DNA from: Bacteriovoracaceae bacterium
GTDB taxonomy: Bacteria > Bdellovibrionota > Bacteriovoracia > Bacteriovoracales > Bacteriovoracaceae
Reading direction: 5' to 3'
Assembly (NCBI GenBank): GCA_041586955.1
Contig: JBFGZE010000028.1
Coordinates: forward strand, 1 to 32,693
Length of the DNA stretch: 32,693 bases
The notes below the pieces were generated by a model. It was not told the DNA's origin and searched no databases. It worked only from the letters and a program-made list of their open reading frames with translations. The position numbers and the translations under genes are program-made. Of the stretch, positions 28,201-32,693 are shown piece by piece. Each line of letters opens with the position of its first letter. Positions within the stretch are counted from its first letter, which is position 1.

Positions 28201-28251
28201 ATCTTCTAATTTCTTCGACTGAATTTTTTTCATAGATTTTTTCTTTGTCAT
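25243..28251 (-). CDS. Large hyper-acidic repeat protein with a basic KKLEDRIAP leader; putative exported cargo
   Basis: AAGGGAG ribosome-binding site, 1002-aa ORF with five ~172-176-aa repeats, its own terminator, and no hydrophobic signal peptide. Confidence 0.85.
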   Translation of the reverse strand: MTKKKSMKKIQSKKLEDRIAPGMVGGGLVDPGMVDAVDADTTDQAGQEEIQQTSTESFDQAPEGQEGQYLDEAQAHQGEMFEQDAPESEYEQQDETLSEEVDEFHNDAPEGDMGQHEGWSEPDWVEAQADGSFSATPPEGVTVDPDAGTANFPIEVANEELPLPEGVEITPEGGMEMPLPEGTQYLEASNQLMFPEGEINLEEVPNELEAYPNADGSIMVNLPDQGIEVDMENMSVEVDNYWANEITPENVEISLDGSVEVQLPQDGVEYNDGQIQISAEAAGQMDNPAPEIINDLEFTETAPDGAVTFEPPEGIEVDGGIATMDAEVFNETFSEQTDLQINADGTSEIPLPEGAQYDADINGVVLPEGEINLDEVPEGVDAHINPDGTTTVMLQEGMDFNPDTGSVHMDNYWTNEITPDSVQITAEGNVNIALPEGTEYFDDGSFTVPADHVDFIEAEQPDFVHDVEFSEVGPEGEYTFTPPEGIEVNAEAGEATIPNEMIDEHIPVPEEIHFNADGTMNVDLPEGTQYDTEANAIIFPEGEMNVAEVPENFNPEVNADGTITITLQDGMNYDGDAGQVHFDNYWTNELTPDPIEVTAEGNLVVDLPQDTQFHDDGSFTVPEYQADFLENPAPEYVTEGPDFVNVNPDGSVAIVPQEGLEFNAEAGQMEMNSEFVNEHFEEYIPDDITLHEDGTITAQVPAGTAFDAASNSLTFPAGEMHMDEIPAEMDATLNDDGTISINLQEGMDFNAEEGSVHFDHYWTNAMTPDAITMEYDGSVIVDLPHDTHYFDDGGANIPECSADFIENPGMDYVEQGPEWVNDNPDGSVTITPPEGINVDPATGTVEMSADMAMQELGGDLIPEDFTLNADGTADIKIPEDATFNAELGTIDIPAGSYELTDMPQDIEYHIDAEGTLHAHIPEGVEYNEEGHSLHVSNAALNEMAPEPISIGPEGQFSIDLPEDTQYFDDGSFVISSESADFLDHDGGHPAGEEVDGTYQQAS

Positions 28252-28506
28252 TAAACGACTCCCTTAAATGAAAATTTATGATTTTTGAGATGTTTTCATT
28301 ATCGAAATTAATGACCTCAATATGTAGGAGGAAAAAATTGTTTTTTTAATAAAAATAAAAGATTCATGAAATATCAATTAGTTGTAAAAGAGTAGTCACA
28401 AATTAGCACGAGAAGAGATTTCTCCCCATAAAAAAAGCGAATCAATCAAATACCTAAAGGGGACCTAAAGAATAAACCTTTGTAATGGTTTTAAATAAGG
28501 AAAATA

Positions 28507-29484
28507 TTAAATTATTAGATTATCATCATCCTCATAATCATGCCAAATAACACCTAAATGGATCACGCGAGAACCGACTTGGCAGACAGGATTAGTCGAC
28601 TTTGCCACGACAACCGCGTTCACCGGGGCGACAATTTCTTCAATAACTGAACCAAAAATATCTGTTATATTCGCAATGAGATCACCCTTCTTAATAAGAT
28701 CGGTTAAATTGGGGAAGACATGCAAGATTCCTCCATTTTTGGCATACACCCAAAAGGACTTTTTACAAATGATAGCGTCGTGATCGATGTCCTCCATCTC
28801 CTCGTCGATCATTCCTAAATCAACAAGAACATTATTAAGGCCAAAAATTGATGGCCTAATATGTTTTTTTTGAAAAAGATAAGGATCTCCGACTTCCACA
28901 GTGATAGTAGGAATACCTATACGAGAGGCCTCCCCTCTTAAAGTCCCTGCTTCACCACATTTATTGACGATTATTTGAGGCTCTTGTAACTCTGCCATTT
29001 GCGCGACAATTTCATGCGACATATCTGCTCGTACATACAGCGAGTTAATACGGCCAAAGCTCGCGGTGTGCAGGTCAATGAGGTAATCCACATTTTTGAC
29101 AATTTTATTAATAATCGAAAAGGCAAAAACTTCAGAGGTCGTACCATTCTTTTTTCCAGGCATAATGCGATTTAAATCCTTGCCGTCAGAAAATGCCCTC
29201 TCCCCAGCAAGAAATCCCGGAGTATTCAAAACAGGAGCGAGCAAAATGATTCCTGTTAATTCATTCTCGTTTATTTTGCCCCATAGTTCATGAATAATAG
29301 AGATACCATTCAATTCATTGCCATGAATAGCGGCAGTTACACCTAAGATGGGGCCAGGCCTCCCCTTGGCAATCATCAAAGGAATTTGCCAAAAATCCCC
29401 TAGAGCATTTTTAACAATATTGAGTTTGAACGTATTTTTACTATTGGCCGGTAAAGATCCCAAGTCTAAGTCGTTAATTTCCAT
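28507..29484 (-). CDS. Succinylglutamate desuccinylase/aspartoacylase family (M14-like) zinc hydrolase
   Basis: AAIHGNELNG, DLNRIMPG, IDLHTA, TVEVG and a C-terminal lipoyl-like domain. Confidence 0.9.
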   Translation of the reverse strand: MEINDLDLGSLPANSKNTFKLNIVKNALGDFWQIPLMIAKGRPGPILGVTAAIHGNELNGISIIHELWGKINENELTGIILLAPVLNTPGFLAGERAFSDGKDLNRIMPGKKNGTTSEVFAFSIINKIVKNVDYLIDLHTASFGRINSLYVRADMSHEIVAQMAELQEPQIIVNKCGEAGTLRGEASRIGIPTITVEVGDPYLFQKKHIRPSIFGLNNVLVDLGMIDEEMEDIDHDAIICKKSFWVYAKNGGILHVFPNLTDLIKKGDLIANITDIFGSVIEEIVAPVNAVVVAKSTNPVCQVGSRVIHLGVIWHDYEDDDNLII

Positions 29485-29496
29485 AGTCGTTATCCT

Positions 29497-30927
29497 TTAG
29501 ATCATAATTTCTCTTATTAAAGCATCATCATTATTTAGCGATTTAAATAATTTCAATGAAAATGGCCCTTTCGAAGTCATTAAATTTTGGGCCATTTTAT
29601 CAATGGCAATGATAGAAAGAATGGTTTGAATATACGCATCAATAAGGTCGTCCGTTCCAAGCCCTAACGAATTAAAATCTTTTCTATCCATTAGTAATAA
29701 GCGAGAGGTGTCAGAACCCCATTCATTCTCTCCCTTTTTGATAGAGAGGTTTGTACCTAAGACATCCCAGCTAGAGTTTTCAAGAAATGGCCGGATTGGG
29801 CCTAGCGCACGCCGGGCATAAATAGCACAGGGGTAAAACCCATCTTCCGTTGAATAAACCATCATTCTTAAATCAAAAATATAAATATTTCCTTTCGTAT
29901 TGGGAATGGTACCGATATGAAATAAATTTCCATTTTCCTCTCGAGAACTCCAATTATAATGACCAATTAAATGCTGAACAATAAATTGATCATAGGGATA
30001 ATTCTCGTTCATAAATTTGTATAACTCATCTTCATTCACGATAGTAAAAACTCCTTGTCCAGCATTGGAATAAGGGTTTTTTACAACTGCATGCCCTCCA
30101 AACTTTTTCACCCAAAGGGGTATTCCCAATTTATCGACATTCCGAATAGTTTTAGGTGTTCTAATTTGAAGACCCGTGTCCATTAATTCTAAGTTATAAA
30201 TTTCATAGGCCTTGTCTGCCAAAAGTTTATTTCGGCCTCCGGCCAAGCAGGTTAGTGTGGAATTGTAAATTAGAGTTTTTGTCTCAATTGGCATGCGATT
30301 CCACGGCCTCTGTGTGACATAGCGGAAGGCTGCTCTAATGGCCACTTTCCCTTTGGACGGATCATCGATATACATAATGCCATTATCAAAACTCACAAAA
30401 CTATGTTCACGGTTAAAATGAGGAACCAGATACACATCTTCATCCGTTAAGTCGGCAATAGTCGCCGCATAGCCAGAATTTTCCATATAGTTTTTATCGT
30501 ATATAACCGCCAAATCGCCCTTTGGTAATCTCCTCTGATTCAATAGAGGCAAAAAAGAATTTTCTATCAAACAACGATAACCCCTATATTCGTCTGAATC
30601 GCTTCTTGGGGGCATTGATTTTTGACCGGAGGGACAAGAATTGGTTTCAAGAACCACCATACTGCGATTTCCGATATCCGTGGTGACATAGAATAGATCC
30701 GATCCTCCCCAAAAAAAATGCTTGGATTGATATTTTAAAATTGTCATCAAGAACTGAGGGTCTAGTTGAGGGTGTAAATGAGTATAGCGCTTAACGATAC
30801 GCTCATGACTCATATCAAAAAAATAATTCACCAAAGAATGCAATTGAGAGTTGAGCGCTTTTGGATAGAAGTGTTTTTCTTGTTCAAAGCTATGCGGTTT
30901 AATTAATTCAACTTCTCTTTTCATCAT
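29497..30927 (-). CDS. Putative circularly permuted ATP-grasp ligase
   Basis: N-terminal D...VLETNSCPSG precedes VVKNPYSNAGQGV, FIVQHLI and DLRMMV. Confidence 0.65.
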   Translation of the reverse strand: MMKREVELIKPHSFEQEKHFYPKALNSQLHSLVNYFFDMSHERIVKRYTHLHPQLDPQFLMTILKYQSKHFFWGGSDLFYVTTDIGNRSMVVLETNSCPSGQKSMPPRSDSDEYRGYRCLIENSFLPLLNQRRLPKGDLAVIYDKNYMENSGYAATIADLTDEDVYLVPHFNREHSFVSFDNGIMYIDDPSKGKVAIRAAFRYVTQRPWNRMPIETKTLIYNSTLTCLAGGRNKLLADKAYEIYNLELMDTGLQIRTPKTIRNVDKLGIPLWVKKFGGHAVVKNPYSNAGQGVFTIVNEDELYKFMNENYPYDQFIVQHLIGHYNWSSREENGNLFHIGTIPNTKGNIYIFDLRMMVYSTEDGFYPCAIYARRALGPIRPFLENSSWDVLGTNLSIKKGENEWGSDTSRLLLMDRKDFNSLGLGTDDLIDAYIQTILSIIAIDKMAQNLMTSKGPFSLKLFKSLNNDDALIREIMI

Positions 30928-31160
30928 CGCCTCAATATAAAAGTATTCATTTATCTTTTCATTAAAGGGTATGACTTCTTCTTATCTATGATTGGCCATA
31001 AAAAATTTAAATGCTTTACTATAGGAAAATGAGACGGCCCCTCCAAATTAAGGAGAAGCACTATTGTAATTAAAAAAGAGGACAAAAAGAAAGAAAATTC
31101 AAACATCGAAATGATTAGCTCAAGTTTTTATCTTCTTAAAAAAATAAACGCTACAAGATT

Positions 31161-31196
31161 AGAGCATTAATGGAGACCCCATTCCATTAATGCTCT
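31161..31196. terminator. 14-bp perfect inverted repeat just after the SDR stop; terminator or stabilising hairpin
   Basis: AGAGCATTAATGGA-N8-TCCATTAATGCTCT. The U tract is on the + strand only. Confidence 0.6.
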
Positions 31197-31202
31197 TTTC
31201 TG

Positions 31203-31907
31203 CTACCAAGCTATTTTCTGACCATCTCGAAAAAACAAACCACTAGGACTCCCTTTCTCTAACTCAGCGGCCCACACAATTCCGACAACCCCTTCCTCTA
31301 TGGTTCGTGGTGCCTGTTCCCCCCCCATTTCAGTTTGTACCCATCCCGGACAAACAGAGTTCACGATAAACCCCTTCGTATGGTTTAACTCATTATGAAA
31401 TAAGATAGTCAGAATATTTACACCCGCCTTGGATATACGATAGGCCGGAAATCCTCCCCCCATTTCTGCGAGGGCACCCATTCCAGAACTGATATTGACA
31501 ACTCTGGGATTAGAGCTGTGCTCAAGGAGAGAAATTGTACCTTGAATCATATTAAGAGTACCAAGAGTATTATGGCCGAATGTTTCTAGCATCACGGAAC
31601 TTGGAATATCGAAAACGGTATAGTCACCCTCATTTAAAATTCCCGCATTATTGATGAGAACATCAAGATGACCAAATTTTTCGTAAAGAAAAGTGATTGC
31701 ATGAGCAATGTCCTCGGTATTGGTAACATCCAATTGCAGAGCATCCGCCCCTCCCCCTTGACTAATAATTTCATCTTGCACTTCACGGGCCTTCTTTAAA
31801 TCCCGGCCAGTGACCACAATATGATGCCCACGCTTGGCCAATGCCAAGGCCGTTCCCCTTCCTAAACCCCGAGTTGCACCAGTGATCAAGATAATATCCT
31901 CACCCAT
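31203..31907 (-). CDS. Short-chain dehydrogenase/reductase (carbonyl reductase-like)
   Basis: TGATRGLG, LDVLINNAG, NISS, YRISK and VCPGWVQTEMGG, with an AAGGAGG ribosome-binding site. Confidence 0.93.
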   Translation of the reverse strand: MGEDIILITGATRGLGRGTALALAKRGHHIVVTGRDLKKAREVQDEIISQGGGADALQLDVTNTEDIAHAITFLYEKFGHLDVLINNAGILNEGDYTVFDIPSSVMLETFGHNTLGTLNMIQGTISLLEHSSNPRVVNISSGMGALAEMGGGFPAYRISKAGVNILTILFHNELNHTKGFIVNSVCPGWVQTEMGGEQAPRTIEEGVVGIVWAAELEKGSPSGLFFRDGQKIAW

Positions 31908-31919
31908 AAATCCTCCTTA

Positions 31920-32570
31920 TCAGTTTTTGACGACCTTGAAGTTAAACTCTCCTGTCCGATAAAGAGCATATAAGCGCATCCAGAGCGGTAATATCTGTTC
32001 TGTTCCTCTGGAATTGGTGATATCACCAAGGTCATGGATCGTTTTCCATCCAAAATCCTCACATAATATCATTTTTGTCTGCCTCTTAGCATTTTCATCA
32101 TTACCACAAATAAATAAATCATGGTCCTCCTTAAGAAGCGATGGTTTAACCATCACAGCACAATTGACGGTATTCAATGCCTTAACCACATTGGTGCGAG
32201 GAAACATTTTTTGAATCTCCTCCCCCAGAGAATTATCATTACACATTAATAACCGAGGAGGCATTCCTTGTGAAAAATCAAGGGGATTAGAGACATCAAT
32301 TAATAGCTTACCAATAAGGTTTTGCTTTCCGGCCATCTTCAAGGCCTCGAGGGAGTATTCACCCTTGGTGCAGTTAAAAAGGACATCCGCATATTGAGAG
32401 GCCTCTGAAAAAGTACCTCCCACCCCTTTTCCTTTAGTTGACCTAACCCAGTTTTTGACTCCTTCGCTTACTTTAGAGCGAGACCCCATCATTACCTGAT
32501 GACCATTTTCTAATAATTTGTGTGCCAACGTTTGGCCAACCATTCCCGTGCCTAAAATCGCGTATTTCAT
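31920..32570 (-). CDS. NADP oxidoreductase, F420-dependent reductase-like family
   Basis: MKYAILGTGMVG, MGSR, IDVSNPL, VVKALNT and CGNDENAK. The likely start is 32570, following AAAGGAG. Confidence 0.85.
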   Translation of the reverse strand: MKYAILGTGMVGQTLAHKLLENGHQVMMGSRSKVSEGVKNWVRSTKGKGVGGTFSEASQYADVLFNCTKGEYSLEALKMAGKQNLIGKLLIDVSNPLDFSQGMPPRLLMCNDNSLGEEIQKMFPRTNVVKALNTVNCAVMVKPSLLKEDHDLFICGNDENAKRQTKMILCEDFGWKTIHDLGDITNSRGTEQILPLWMRLYALYRTGEFNFKVVKN

Positions 32571-32693
32571 GATGAACTCCTTTGTTAATGAGAGCATAAT
32601 CTTAAATATCGACAGATTTAAACTTGAATTTATTGAGAGAGTTTTTATGTGTATGGTGAAATAATTCTTCTTGTCCTTTTATTTTTAAAACTG

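Noticed and set aside
25450..28235. Several long alternative-frame and antisense ORFs (up to 222 aa) over the acidic repeat gene
   Set aside because: They are shadow ORFs caused by the biased codon content of the real gene. They have no ribosome-binding sites or recognisable motifs.
25243..28251. Cargo as an RTX protein of a classical type I system or a double-glycine bacteriocin
   Set aside because: There are no GGxGxDxL nonamers and no ABC transporter or C39 peptidase in the window. The GG after the leader is noted but is not sufficient.

Overview
AT-rich bacterial chromosomal window. A Bdellovibrionota (Bacteriovoracaceae/Halobacteriovorax-like) origin is inferred from gene style only. 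The left half holds mostly recognisable genes: a copZ-copA-csoR copper operon with a CsoR operator, a sigma-54-preceded secreted Cys/Arg-Gly protein, a rhomboid protease, a rifampin-phosphotransferase-like dikinase paired with a beta-propeller protein, deoD, a methyltransferase and egtB-egtD. The main candidate for an undescribed system is 13669-28251, a type-I-like export locus with no ABC ATPase. It encodes two TolC paralogues, three different membrane-fusion proteins (plain, 3xGAF-fused, and PqqD/RRE-like + M50 protease-fused) and an adjacent orphan RND permease. It also encodes a 1002-aa hyper-acidic repeat protein with a basic 'KKLEDRIAP' leader that resembles planctomycete/LEPR-XLL export motifs. 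Upstream lie a circularly permuted ATP-grasp ligase plus M14 deacylase pair and two oxidoreductases. No rRNA, tRNA, CRISPR array or mobile element was seen.
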